Shown here in pieces: positions 10,948 through 21,381 of a stretch of 64,000 nt of DNA. Made by a program: the position numbers and the translations under genes. The stretch is from a virus. The notes below the pieces were generated by a model that saw only the letters and a list, made by a program, of their open reading frames with translations, had not been told where the DNA came from and searched no databases. The stretch spans positions 22,551 through 86,550 of IMG/VR virus record IMGVR_UViG_3300024999_000068. The stretch is one strand, 5' to 3'. Numbering within the stretch: the stretch's first letter is position 1; the number at the start of each line of letters is the position of its first letter.

Positions 10948-13900
10948 TTGTTTTTAGATATTGACTTATCAAAAACTCCACAACGTCCAAAATTATATCT
11001 ATGTAAACCCAATAAAACAATTATTGCTCCATTACCAGAACACTATGGAGCAAATTTAAAAATCAACCTAACAACTCTGAATGAGTTAACATTTGATTTA
11101 CCATATAAATTAGATATTAACAATAAAATTCAGCACAATATCCATTGTGATTTAATTAAAAATAGATTTCTCATAAAATTAATTTTAGGAGAATATATTG
11201 CATATTTTATAATTAATAATCCAGCACCCAATGCAGATGATAGTTCAGATTTCTATCAAATTAATTGTTACTCTCTTGAATATGAATTAAAGGATAAAGA
11301 AATTAGGGTTTATAAATCTGATTCGGTAAGTTTAAAAGAAGTTATGAATGGATTTTCTCGCGATACAACTATTATAACGGATGGAATATCAACTACTACA
11401 ACAGATGTAACTCCTGGAATTTTAAAAGATACTGCGTGGGTTTTAGGTAATTATCCTGTTGATTTAGATTCAGTATATCGTTCTTTTGATGTTTCAGTAA
11501 AAACTAAACTCGATTTCGTATTAGATGTTGCAGAAAAATTTAATCTAGTTGCCCAATTTGATTCAACAACTAGATTAATTAATTTCTACACAATTGATAA
11601 AATAGGAGTCAATAAGGGATTAAGAATTTCCGACAAGAGATATTTGAAGACAATCGTACAAAATATTGATAGTGAAACTTTTTGCACTCGGTTAAAATTA
11701 TATGGCAAAGATGGATTAACAATTAGTGAGATTAACCCAACAGCTCAAAGTCACATCGAGAATTTTAGTTATTTTCTTTTCCCCTTTGAAAGAGATATAA
11801 ACAGAACAGTAATATCCCACAGTGATTATATGTCAGACGAATTATGTCATGCTATTTTAGATTATGAATTACTATTAGTTCAAAATAAAGGTACTTATCC
11901 TATATTGTTAGCATCATTAGCAATATTGCAGACAGAAATGACAGTTTTAACAAATGAGATGGCAGAATTAGTAATTGTAATGAAAGAAATAGAAGATAAT
12001 ATTGCAACTGCTAGTGGGTCTAAAAAAGCAGGGTATGAAGAAGATAAAATAGCACAACAAATATTAATTAATGCACAGCAAGCATTAATTACAGTAAAAC
12101 AACTATTGATTGACAATCTTAATACTCAAATTACAAATGCAACAACCTCATTATCTTATGAAACTTTTTTTCAAGATATGCCTAAATTATTAGAAGAATT
12201 ACAAGAATCATATATTATTGAAAAAAGTTGGACAAATGATAGTTTAATATCGGCAGAAGATTTATATATCTATGGTTTAGATGAAATGGAGTCAAGAAAA
12301 AATCCTGTAACTATTATCCAAATTAATATTGTTAATTTTCTGGAAATAATAAGTGAACAATATAATTGGAATAAAATTAATTTAGGTGACTCTATTGCAA
12401 TTAAACATGAACAATTAGGTATTGATTTGACAGCTAGAATCATAGAAGTATCATTCGATTTCGAAAGTGCTGAAATACAATTAACAATTTCTAATGTTAA
12501 AAGTAAAAATTCAAAACTAGAAGATATTTTATATCAAACAAGTTCATTGGTAGATATTATTGATGTAAATAAACTCAAATGGGACAAATCACAAATTACT
12601 GCTACGGAATATGTTGACCAGCAAATTCAGGAAATGGTAGGGACGTTACTAAATTTAAGTATTGATATTAGTAGATTTGGAGAAGATGGATTCATAACAA
12701 AGTCAGAAGCAAATGCTTTAAAGTTAACATTAGAACAAGCAATTGCTGAATCTGAAAATGTTATTAAAATTGCAGAGGATCTTGAAATAGTAACTGAAAA
12801 AAATGATTATGTAATTGCTTTAATTGACTTAGAAACAGAATTAAGACAAGATTGGATAGACCAACCAAATTACCCTATTCAAATTATTAGTGATGAGAGT
12901 CCTGAAGATGAAAGAATTATTATAAGCACACTCTTCAAAACAGTAGAAGATACGAAATCAAAACTTATTAATGCAATTGGTCAAGCTAGGCAAGATGATG
13001 GAAAAAGATATGTTGAAACTCAAGTAGCAGAATTAAATACTGCATTATCTGCATTTCAAACTCAAGTTAATGTCTATATTAATGCCAAACCCGTGGGTCA
13101 AATTACTGAAACAGAATCAATAACTCTAAGTGGTTTATTTGTTGATGTTCAACATGAATCTGATGATATTGTTGCAATTGCAAATGGATTGATGGAAATA
13201 ATTGGTGATGATAATGACTTATATAATGATTTGCGCGATGCAAAAAATGCATATTCAAATGTTCAAAGTAGTTCAGGTGCAATTTATGATGTTCTACATG
13301 AAATAGATGATTGGTTTAATAAGTCTAGTTACCCAATCACAATTAAACCAAGTAAAGGAGTGAGTGTCAATAAGAAAATAAAGAATGTTGAGACAAGAAA
13401 AAATACCTTGGTTGATTTAATTACTCAAGTACAAATTGATAATGAATTAACTCTTGTAGATCAACAGTTGTTTGAAGTAAGTGTTGCTATTACTTCTATG
13501 CAAATGGATATTACAACTTTTGCTAAAGACAACTATATTACCTATGATGAATCTGTTTCCCTAAAAGCATCTTTTAATAAGATAAATAGTGAAAGTGAAC
13601 AAATAATTGATATAGCAAATAGTATGTCAATTTCTGCTACAATAATAAATAATTATCAAAATTCTTTAACTGGCACAATTGTATTAAATGGTGTTGATGG
13701 ATTACAAGTAGAATTATTAAAATGGGTTGATTTACCACTAGAAAGCTATGCTGGCAAAGGATTAAAAATAACATCAAAACAAAGGAAAGCACTATTAAAG
13801 AAATTTGATTTAGTTATGAGTACGAAATTAATTTTAAGTAATGCAATTACATTGGCAACACCAGAGTATAGCATAGATGGTGAGATATCTATTCAAGGAA

Positions 13901-16245
13901 CGGGAGCTAATCACAGTGGAAGTAGATTTTTAAAATTAAACAAAAAACAAATTAACGCAAGCAGTTTAAGTAATTCATTAAATAAAGGATTGATGTTAAC
14001 AGTAATTAGTAGGGAAGATTTATCAATAGTATTTACACAATGCTATCACACATTTGATAGTGATGAAGCAGATAGAAATACATTAGCAACAAAATTAAAT
14101 TCATTAGATGATACAGTAATTGTAGTATTAACATCTTATGATTCAATTGGATGGAATCAAACACTTTTAGATGCTATGATTAGATGTGGAGGCACTGGTA
14201 CAAATACAGGAGTAGGTAAATTCCCATTTGCATTTATTGGTATTCCAGGTTTATTCAAAGGTAACGCTTTAGAAGTATTTACAGATAGTGGTAGTCATGC
14301 TCCTTATGCAAATATTACTACAAAAATATTAGATGGTACTCCTCAGGGAATTGCTATTGGGACAACTGTAATTTCAGCAGAAGCTATGTTAGCAGTTCAA
14401 AAGGCAGAATCAGACAAAGATGTAGCAATGATTGATATTAATAAAATTACTAGTAATGTAACATTAACATCCACAGAAAAGAAGACAGCTAAAAAATATT
14501 GGGATGCTATTGTAAATGAAAAGGTAACTGTTGAATTACAATCAAGTTATTGGAATACAGCAGATTATCCAGATGTTGTAAGTACATTGGCAATTTATGA
14601 AACAAAATATTCCGACTTAAGTTCATATATTGTACCAATATTGTCAATCATGACATCAAGTTCTACCATTGTTACTTCTACTTTTATAAGTGCTTTTACA
14701 CAATATTATGATTCTAAAATATCATTATTAAAGGCAATTATGGGTGTTGCTAGAAATTATATTGGAGATGCAATTTCTGGTTTAGCGGAATCCTTAATTG
14801 GATTAGCAAAAGATATTAGTGATGCATTTAGCGATAGCAAGATTGACGCAAAAGAAGCTAGTAAATTTTTTGACGATTTAACATCACTTAATGCAGAATC
14901 TACGCCATTAATAGATCTGGCTTCCACTTTAGGATTAATTGATGCAATTAAACCTGCAACAAATGAAAAAACTGATTATCAAGATGCATTAACCACTCTT
15001 TCTGCTACGTTAGGGTTATATATTGGTAAAGACAACTATCCAATTTCTGTAGATGCTGATGATAAAAAGAAAGTTACAGATGATTATGCAAATGTTCAAA
15101 CAACAAAAACACTTTTAATTACTAAAATATCAACATTACAATTAGATAATGCAAAAACATATTCTAATACCATTTTGACTGATTTTCAAAATAATGTTTA
15201 TAATATTGACAAAGAAGATTTCCAAAGTCAAATTGATGGTAAAATTGAAGTTTGGTTTAGTGGTTATGTTCCAACGCTATTAAATTCTCCTGCAAGTACA
15301 TGGAGTGTAAAAAGCACTACAACTACAAAAACATTGAGAGATGCCCATTTAGGTGATTTGTTTTATCAAACTAATGCTACAAATACTAATAGTGGATTAG
15401 CTTATAAATTTACATTAACTGGAACTACTTACGCATGGACTCCTATAACTGATATTGCTGTCATTGAATCCCTATATCAAGCATCAATTACAGCAGATAC
15501 ATTAGATGGCAATAGGAGGATATTTACAGAATCACCAAGCCCTCCATATGATCTTGGAGATTTATGGAGCACAAATGGAGCAAGTGGAGATTTATTAATA
15601 TGTACAACTAAAAAATCATTAGGAGGAAGTTTTTCTTCTTCAGATTGGACAAAAGCATCTAAATATACAGATGATACATTAGCACAATCTATATTAGATG
15701 ATATTAGTATTGATAATAAATTATCAATATCTGAGAAAAGAATTGTGTCAAGAGAATGGAACATTATTGAAACAGAATATTCATCAATTCTTTCTCAAGT
15801 AGAGATATCTGTGAGTTCTGGAGGATTGTACATAGCTCCATTATATATAATTCCTTATAGTAATGCGTATAATGGATTGGCAAGTTATATTACTACTTTA
15901 GAATTAGGGTCATCTACTACAACTAATATAAACAGAACAGACTTTAATAACTGGTTTGAAGGCTATAATAGTGCAAAATCTCAGATATTAATAGATATTG
16001 CTAACAGTGTAGCAGTTAAAATTGTTTCGTCAAGTGGTTTAGAAGATGCAACATTAGCTTTAAGCACAGCCAATAATGCTCTAACTATTTCCAATGGTGC
16101 TAATTCTACGGCAAATAGTGCAATATCGGCTGCAAATTACGCAACAGTTGTAGCAGGATCAGCAGTTCCTACCTCTAATTCCTATACTGATGCACAAATA
16201 GTTGATCTAAAAGTTTGGATTGATGCAAATTATGTAGCGAAATAA
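10948..16245 (+). CDS. Baseplate hub / Tal-like tail protein with helical repeats and ILEI-like domain
   Basis: Follows Dit; prophage tail endopeptidase-like N-terminus (TRLKLYGKDGLTI, LGDSI.I.HEQLGI...ARIIE); repeated D..IT..E...LK units. Confidence 0.75.
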   Translation: MFLDIDLSKTPQRPKLYLCKPNKTIIAPLPEHYGANLKINLTTLNELTFDLPYKLDINNKIQHNIHCDLIKNRFLIKLILGEYIAYFIINNPAPNADDSSDFYQINCYSLEYELKDKEIRVYKSDSVSLKEVMNGFSRDTTIITDGISTTTTDVTPGILKDTAWVLGNYPVDLDSVYRSFDVSVKTKLDFVLDVAEKFNLVAQFDSTTRLINFYTIDKIGVNKGLRISDKRYLKTIVQNIDSETFCTRLKLYGKDGLTISEINPTAQSHIENFSYFLFPFERDINRTVISHSDYMSDELCHAILDYELLLVQNKGTYPILLASLAILQTEMTVLTNEMAELVIVMKEIEDNIATASGSKKAGYEEDKIAQQILINAQQALITVKQLLIDNLNTQITNATTSLSYETFFQDMPKLLEELQESYIIEKSWTNDSLISAEDLYIYGLDEMESRKNPVTIIQINIVNFLEIISEQYNWNKINLGDSIAIKHEQLGIDLTARIIEVSFDFESAEIQLTISNVKSKNSKLEDILYQTSSLVDIIDVNKLKWDKSQITATEYVDQQIQEMVGTLLNLSIDISRFGEDGFITKSEANALKLTLEQAIAESENVIKIAEDLEIVTEKNDYVIALIDLETELRQDWIDQPNYPIQIISDESPEDERIIISTLFKTVEDTKSKLINAIGQARQDDGKRYVETQVAELNTALSAFQTQVNVYINAKPVGQITETESITLSGLFVDVQHESDDIVAIANGLMEIIGDDNDLYNDLRDAKNAYSNVQSSSGAIYDVLHEIDDWFNKSSYPITIKPSKGVSVNKKIKNVETRKNTLVDLITQVQIDNELTLVDQQLFEVSVAITSMQMDITTFAKDNYITYDESVSLKASFNKINSESEQIIDIANSMSISATIINNYQNSLTGTIVLNGVDGLQVELLKWVDLPLESYAGKGLKITSKQRKALLKKFDLVMSTKLILSNAITLATPEYSIDGEISIQGTGANHSGSRFLKLNKKQINASSLSNSLNKGLMLTVISREDLSIVFTQCYHTFDSDEADRNTLATKLNSLDDTVIVVLTSYDSIGWNQTLLDAMIRCGGTGTNTGVGKFPFAFIGIPGLFKGNALEVFTDSGSHAPYANITTKILDGTPQGIAIGTTVISAEAMLAVQKAESDKDVAMIDINKITSNVTLTSTEKKTAKKYWDAIVNEKVTVELQSSYWNTADYPDVVSTLAIYETKYSDLSSYIVPILSIMTSSSTIVTSTFISAFTQYYDSKISLLKAIMGVARNYIGDAISGLAESLIGLAKDISDAFSDSKIDAKEASKFFDDLTSLNAESTPLIDLASTLGLIDAIKPATNEKTDYQDALTTLSATLGLYIGKDNYPISVDADDKKKVTDDYANVQTTKTLLITKISTLQLDNAKTYSNTILTDFQNNVYNIDKEDFQSQIDGKIEVWFSGYVPTLLNSPASTWSVKSTTTTKTLRDAHLGDLFYQTNATNTNSGLAYKFTLTGTTYAWTPITDIAVIESLYQASITADTLDGNRRIFTESPSPPYDLGDLWSTNGASGDLLICTTKKSLGGSFSSSDWTKASKYTDDTLAQSILDDISIDNKLSISEKRIVSREWNIIETEYSSILSQVEISVSSGGLYIAPLYIIPYSNAYNGLASYITTLELGSSTTTNINRTDFNNWFEGYNSAKSQILIDIANSVAVKIVSSSGLEDATLALSTANNALTISNGANSTANSAISAANYATVVAGSAVPTSNSYTDAQIVDLKVWIDANYVAK

Positions 16246-16336
16246 AAAAATAAAATAGAATAAACATTATGATTAGAGATTAGGTTATTTTTATAATTTA
16301 ATCTCTTTTTTATGATGCTATAAGGAGGTTTACTGA

Positions 16337-18748
16337 GTGGCTTTTGAATTTAATAATCCTTTAGTAATGCAATTAAGAGCAGGTACTATTTCAGATCCAT
16401 ATGTTGATAAATCAGATTTGAGAGTTATAATAAATAATCAGATTACTCTTGATGAGATACCTGATCAATTTAACCACGTTTCAATAGGTGGATATACTGA
16501 AGTTTTTAAATTAGAAGAATTAACATCTTCTAATTTTTATGTAAATTATTTAAATGGTTGTGTGACGTTTTTATCTTCTGAAGAAAGTAAAACAGTGACA
16601 GCAGTTTACAAGGGAAGAGGAATAATTCAATACCCAGGAGAGAGGGTCTATATACCTGATATAAATGGGGGAAATGTATCAACTGCAATTCAAAATATTA
16701 TCAACACAGAACTATCAACCTTAGAAACAATTAATACATTAACAGGTAATATATCATCAATTAGTCAGTCTATGGCAACCCTAGTAAGTGGTCAACTAAC
16801 TATTGATACAACTGCTAAAACCATTACTACTTTGGCAGGAAGTTTATATGCAATATCAAACAAAATTAAAACTTTAACAGGTGGAACATTATCATATTCA
16901 GGACTTGATGGCACAGTTTTTTATGTTTATGTAAATGAGGCAAATATTTATGTATCTTTACAAGGATATGAAACATCTGGAACAACTTATCTGCTAGGAG
17001 TCATAAGAAGTAATCGTTTTTATGCTTTGGATGCTAGGAATATACAAGTAGATGGAAATTGGAATGGTGGAGAAAAAAATTCTACACAGATAGTAGCTGA
17101 AGCATCTTTAGAAGCAGTTGTCGCGAGAAGTGGAGAATTATCTCTAGACGCTAGACTCAGTAAAATTGAAAATGGAGATAGAAATTCTGCAATTAATCCT
17201 GTCTTAATTAGTGGTCAAATAACTATTGATACTGTTGCTAAGACAGCAGTCGTTTTAGCAGGTAGTATGTATAGTTTGAATAAAGCAGTCGTAGTATTAA
17301 ATACACAAACAATAAATTATTCTGCAATTATTGGAACTGTTTTTTATGTTTATGTAAAAGGTGCAGTCATAATTATTAGTGGACAAAGTTATACGGTTGA
17401 TAAAGACACCCATTTATTAGGAGTTATTAGAAACGAACGTTTTTACGCTTTGGATACTAGAAATATAATCGTAAATAATAAATGGAACGGTGGAGAAAGG
17501 AATGCAGATCAAATTATTACAGAAGCAGAAGCAGAAACAATTACAGCTAGAAGTACAGAAACTTCATTAGATGCTAGACTTAGTAAAATTGAAACAGGAG
17601 TAAGGAATGTAGCAATCGTAGCAACATTATTAAGTGGAAGATTCACTGTTAATTCAATTGCAAAAACTTTGGTTGTTTTAGATGGCAGTATGTATAGTTT
17701 GAATAAATCAGTAGTGGTATTACCAGCACAAACTATTGACTATTCGGCAATTGAAGGTTCTGTATTTTATGTTTATGTAAAAAATACTACTGTAATTGTA
17801 AGTGGACAAAATTATGTTTCTTTAGATAAAGATACACATTTTATGGGAGTTATTAGAAGTGGTCGTTTTTATGGACTTGATACTAGGAATATATTAGTTG
17901 ACAATAAATGGAATGGAGGAGAGAAAAGTGCAGAACAAATTGTTGCGCTTTCAATTGTTGGAGCAAAAGCATTAACATCTACTATTGTAACTGTCGGGCA
18001 GAGTGGAGGAGTAGACTTTTCTAATATTCAAGACGCAATTGATAGTATAGTTGATGATAGTGCAATAAAACCTTATGTCATAGCAGTTATGCCAGGGATA
18101 TATCCAAGATTTACACTAATGTATAAACCAGGAGCTTTAAGATATGTGTCTATTATTGGGATAGATAAGAAATCATGTATAGTTAAAGACGATAGTGGTA
18201 ATTATTTAACCCCTCCTGCAAATATAAATACGAATGGCGATATTAAAAAGCTAACATTTATTGCTACTCACGATGTTCCAGTTTGGGAATCGGATACAAG
18301 AAAGGCATATGCTATTCATTGCGACTTCAATACTGAACAGCTAAATATTGAAGATTGTATACTTATATCATATCAAGCTCCTGCCATCGGCATAGGTTTA
18401 CATCCTAACGAAACTATAACACTTAAAAATTGTGAATTATACTCATATGCAACTGCTGATTATGGAAATTTAGTTAATCATGGAGCATTGTTTTGTCATG
18501 CTGCTGAATTGGCTAATACTTTGAATCAAAAATTAATTGTAGATAATTGCAAGTTATATCATGCAAATAGCTTTGGGTTAAGAGTTCAAGATTCTTTGCT
18601 AGAAAACTCAAAGGTTACATTTACAATTACAAGAACTGGAGTTTATTCAGGTGTGCTTGGCAAAGATTGTATTTATACAAACGGAACAACTGACGTTGTG
18701 CCAACACCAGATAGTTTTGGAAATTCACATGTTTCACTAAATCCTTAA
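16337..18748 (+). CDS. Tail fibre/tailspike with three ~140-aa repeats and C-terminal pectin-lyase-like beta-helix
   Basis: Repeats start ATLVSGQLTID / NPVLISGQITID / ATLLSGRFTVN; C-terminal VTVG..G.DF..IQDAID...I.V.PGIY motif. Confidence 0.75.
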   Translation: MAFEFNNPLVMQLRAGTISDPYVDKSDLRVIINNQITLDEIPDQFNHVSIGGYTEVFKLEELTSSNFYVNYLNGCVTFLSSEESKTVTAVYKGRGIIQYPGERVYIPDINGGNVSTAIQNIINTELSTLETINTLTGNISSISQSMATLVSGQLTIDTTAKTITTLAGSLYAISNKIKTLTGGTLSYSGLDGTVFYVYVNEANIYVSLQGYETSGTTYLLGVIRSNRFYALDARNIQVDGNWNGGEKNSTQIVAEASLEAVVARSGELSLDARLSKIENGDRNSAINPVLISGQITIDTVAKTAVVLAGSMYSLNKAVVVLNTQTINYSAIIGTVFYVYVKGAVIIISGQSYTVDKDTHLLGVIRNERFYALDTRNIIVNNKWNGGERNADQIITEAEAETITARSTETSLDARLSKIETGVRNVAIVATLLSGRFTVNSIAKTLVVLDGSMYSLNKSVVVLPAQTIDYSAIEGSVFYVYVKNTTVIVSGQNYVSLDKDTHFMGVIRSGRFYGLDTRNILVDNKWNGGEKSAEQIVALSIVGAKALTSTIVTVGQSGGVDFSNIQDAIDSIVDDSAIKPYVIAVMPGIYPRFTLMYKPGALRYVSIIGIDKKSCIVKDDSGNYLTPPANINTNGDIKKLTFIATHDVPVWESDTRKAYAIHCDFNTEQLNIEDCILISYQAPAIGIGLHPNETITLKNCELYSYATADYGNLVNHGALFCHAAELANTLNQKLIVDNCKLYHANSFGLRVQDSLLENSKVTFTITRTGVYSGVLGKDCIYTNGTTDVVPTPDSFGNSHVSLNP
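16777..17945 (+). repeat. Three intragenic ~420-bp imperfect tandem repeats
   Basis: Recurring TTTTATGTTTATGTAAA, GGAGT.AT.AGAA.....CGTTTTTA and TGGAA.GG.GGAGA. Confidence 0.85.
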
Positions 18749-18834
18749 GAGATTTATTATTAATTCCTTCAATGATCTTCGATATTGTAAAATTCTAAAT
18801 TATATTGTCGCAAAACAATTATTAATGTCGCACG

Positions 18835-18862
18835 GCAGGAAATTAGAATTGACTCATAGAAA
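18835..18862 (+). promoter_or_regulatory. Possible sigma-H-type promoter for the 310-aa gene
   Basis: GCAGGAAAT-12 nt-ATAGAAA, near RNAGGAWWW/RNNGAAT; two TGTCGCA 0A-box-like heptamers just upstream. Confidence 0.35.
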
Positions 18863-18897
18863 TAAAGTATAATAGGAGACAAAGGAGGAATTATATT

Positions 18898-19830
18898 TTG
18901 TCTAAAAGAAATAAGAAACAATTAACATCTAGGTTTATAATATCATCATTTACTGCATTGGCAATTTTTGCAATTATTATAGCAGTAATAACACAATATA
19001 CACAAAAAGAAATAGTTGTGGCATCTAATAATATTGTTGTAGCAAAATCATTAGGTAAAAATCATGATAATCTTATTACTGTTGGTCAAAATGAAAATGT
19101 GGATTATAACAATATTCAGGACGCTATTGATAATGCCAAAGATGATGAATCAAATCCTGTTACAATAACTGTAGATTCTGGAATATATCCAAGATTTTCC
19201 CTTAAACCAAGACCAGGAGTTCTAAGATATGTATCAATAGTTGGAGTGGACAAAAAGACTTGCATCATCAAAGACGATAGCGGGAATTATCTGACGCCTC
19301 CTGCTGAAATATGTACAAATGGAGTCATAAAAAGCTTAACGTTTATTGCAACCCATGAAAAAGAAGTATGGGAGTCTGATAAAAGAAAATCATATGCTAT
19401 TCATTCAGATTTTAATACACAACAATTAATGATAGAAGATTGTATATTGAAAAGTTATCAGGCTCCAGCTATAGGAATAGGATTACATCAAAATGAGACA
19501 ATTACACTAAAAAATTGCGAATTATATAGTTATGCAGAATTAAATTATGGAGGATTATATAATTACGGAGCGTTATTTTGTCATTCAGCAGAATTAGCTA
19601 ATACTTTGAATCAAAATTTAGTATTGGATGAATGTAAAATTTATCATGCAAATAGTTATGCTTTAAGAGTGCAAAATTCATTATTAGAAAATTCAAAGAT
19701 TACATTTACGTCTATTAAAACCAATACTTATTCTGGCGGTTTAGGGGATAAATGTATTTATATGAATGGAATTACAGATGTTGAGCAAACACCAGATAGT
19801 TTTGGTAATTATCATAGTGAATTTAATTAA
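18898..19830 (+). CDS. Signal-anchored paralog of the tailspike C-terminal beta-helix domain
   Basis: Basic N-terminus + hydrophobic helix (FIISSFTALAIFAIIIAVI), then a domain co-linear with the last ~250 aa of 16337-18748; RBS AAGGAGG. Confidence 0.85.
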   Translation: MSKRNKKQLTSRFIISSFTALAIFAIIIAVITQYTQKEIVVASNNIVVAKSLGKNHDNLITVGQNENVDYNNIQDAIDNAKDDESNPVTITVDSGIYPRFSLKPRPGVLRYVSIVGVDKKTCIIKDDSGNYLTPPAEICTNGVIKSLTFIATHEKEVWESDKRKSYAIHSDFNTQQLMIEDCILKSYQAPAIGIGLHQNETITLKNCELYSYAELNYGGLYNYGALFCHSAELANTLNQNLVLDECKIYHANSYALRVQNSLLENSKITFTSIKTNTYSGGLGDKCIYMNGITDVEQTPDSFGNYHSEFN

Positions 19831-19887
19831 TAATGATAGTAGATGATATAAATCAGGGAGGTAACATATAGTTTTAGGAGGTAACAT

Positions 19888-20202
19888 ATGATCACACGAA
19901 TTGAATTATCTAATGGAGAATCATTTGAAAAAATAATTGAAGTTCAGGAATATATTGATACAACATTGACTACTACAATCGCTAATATAATTATTGGAAA
20001 AAATTCTGAAGGTATTCTGCCTAATATCACAGATATTTATGATGAGTTTTCTGCTTCATTAGAAGATATAAAAATTTATGCCAAAGATAGTGAATTGTTA
20101 GAAGAATATTTAAGTGCTACTCTTACAGGATATATTAATATTCGTTCTGTGAGTAAAAGCTATAATTATAATTCTATATCGGTTGCGTTGACTAAGGTTT
20201 AA
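19888..20202 (+). CDS. Hypothetical phage protein
   Basis: 104 aa ORF with GGAGGT RBS. Confidence 0.6.
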   Translation: MITRIELSNGESFEKIIEVQEYIDTTLTTTIANIIIGKNSEGILPNITDIYDEFSASLEDIKIYAKDSELLEEYLSATLTGYINIRSVSKSYNYNSISVALTKV

Positions 20203-20302
20203 TGTTTAAGGTTTTTGGAGATGTTGGAATAGTGATTTAGGGATGAGAAGTTGCTTTGAGTGACTTCTTATTTATTTTTATTTTGTTTAGGAAGGTGAAA
20301 GT

Positions 20303-21163
20303 ATGCCGATAAGTGTATTAAATAGTGGGCATGGTGATTCTGATACAGGAGCTATTGCAAACGGGTTAATTGAAAGAGATATTAACATGGTAGTTTCTAA
20401 AATAGCAAAAGAATTAATGGAGTTTAATGGGATTACAGTTCCACCTATTATTAGTGGATCTGATTTAAATGAAGTGATTCGTCAAGTAAATTTAATTAAA
20501 AATGCTAATCTTTGCCACAGTATCCATCATAATGCAGGTGGAGGAGATGGTTCCGAAACAATTCATTCTGTTTTTTATGGTCAGGGTACAGTTTTTGCAA
20601 AAATAATGGAAGAGGAATTTGATAAACTTGGTCAGAACAGACATGGATCGGGGGACTTAATAAAATTAAGTTCAGATGGTGTTCATGATTATTATGGATT
20701 TATTCGCAGTACCAATCCACCTGCAATTATTTCTGAATATGCTTTTATTGATAGTAGTGATTATAAATCTATTGACACTTACGAAAAACAACATGCTGAA
20801 GGTGAGGCGATTGCAAAAGCTCACTGTAGATTCTATGGTATTGAATTTAAGAGTCCTAAAAATACTTCAACTACTCAAACAAAAAATAATAATAAAGGAA
20901 GTGATAATAATATGTTAGACGTTGCAATTTTAAAATATTCTTCAGAAGATGAGTGGTCTGCAAAAGATATAGACGCTAAATTCGGTGGAGTAGCTAATTT
21001 TACTAGACAAGGAACAGATAAAAAAATCCCCTCTGCTTGCTTAAATTCAAAACTTCTAATTATTATTGGTGGATCAGATATTCCAACACATTCAAATCGC
21101 ATTTATCTTTCTGGAAACACAAAATATGACACGGCAATTTTAGTTGGGAAGTATTTAGGATAA
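20303..21163 (+). CDS. Endolysin, N-acetylmuramoyl-L-alanine amidase (Amidase_3) + C-terminal cell-wall-binding domain
   Basis: GHG.SD.GA...E, SIHHNA, PAIISEYAFID; T/N-rich linker; LSGNTKYDTA. Confidence 0.9.
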   Translation: MPISVLNSGHGDSDTGAIANGLIERDINMVVSKIAKELMEFNGITVPPIISGSDLNEVIRQVNLIKNANLCHSIHHNAGGGDGSETIHSVFYGQGTVFAKIMEEEFDKLGQNRHGSGDLIKLSSDGVHDYYGFIRSTNPPAIISEYAFIDSSDYKSIDTYEKQHAEGEAIAKAHCRFYGIEFKSPKNTSTTQTKNNNKGSDNNMLDVAILKYSSEDEWSAKDIDAKFGGVANFTRQGTDKKIPSACLNSKLLIIIGGSDIPTHSNRIYLSGNTKYDTAILVGKYLG

Positions 21164-21182
21164 AGTAATTTTAAAAACCAAA

Positions 21183-21215
21183 ATTAGAGATACGAAATAA
21201 AATCGTATCTCTAAT
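21183..21215. terminator. 13-bp perfect hairpin, likely bidirectional terminator
   Basis: ATTAGAGATACGA / TCGTATCTCTAAT. Confidence 0.6.
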
Positions 21216-21352
21216 AATATGATTTAATTGATATTTTAAAAATTAAAATCAAATTATTATTTATTAAATTGTCTATGTATTCGCAAGCCCAGACTTACAT
21301 TCTGAGACTTGCTAGACTATACAAAATTGCCCTTTTGTGTAGTCTTGACGTA

Positions 21353-21381
21353 ACTATATCATAGAAAGGGGCAGAAGTCAA
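21353..21381 (-). promoter_or_regulatory. Antisense sigma-A promoter overlapping the RBS of the 125-aa lysis gene
   Basis: Minus strand TTGACT-17-TATAGT with extended -10 TG. Confidence 0.55.

Noticed and set aside
18849-18873. Sigma-A promoter TTGACT...TATAAT
   Set aside because: Spacer is only 13 nt
17980-19830. Diversity-generating retroelement TR/VR pair
   Set aside because: No reverse transcriptase in the window; differences are not adenine-specific and both copies are coding
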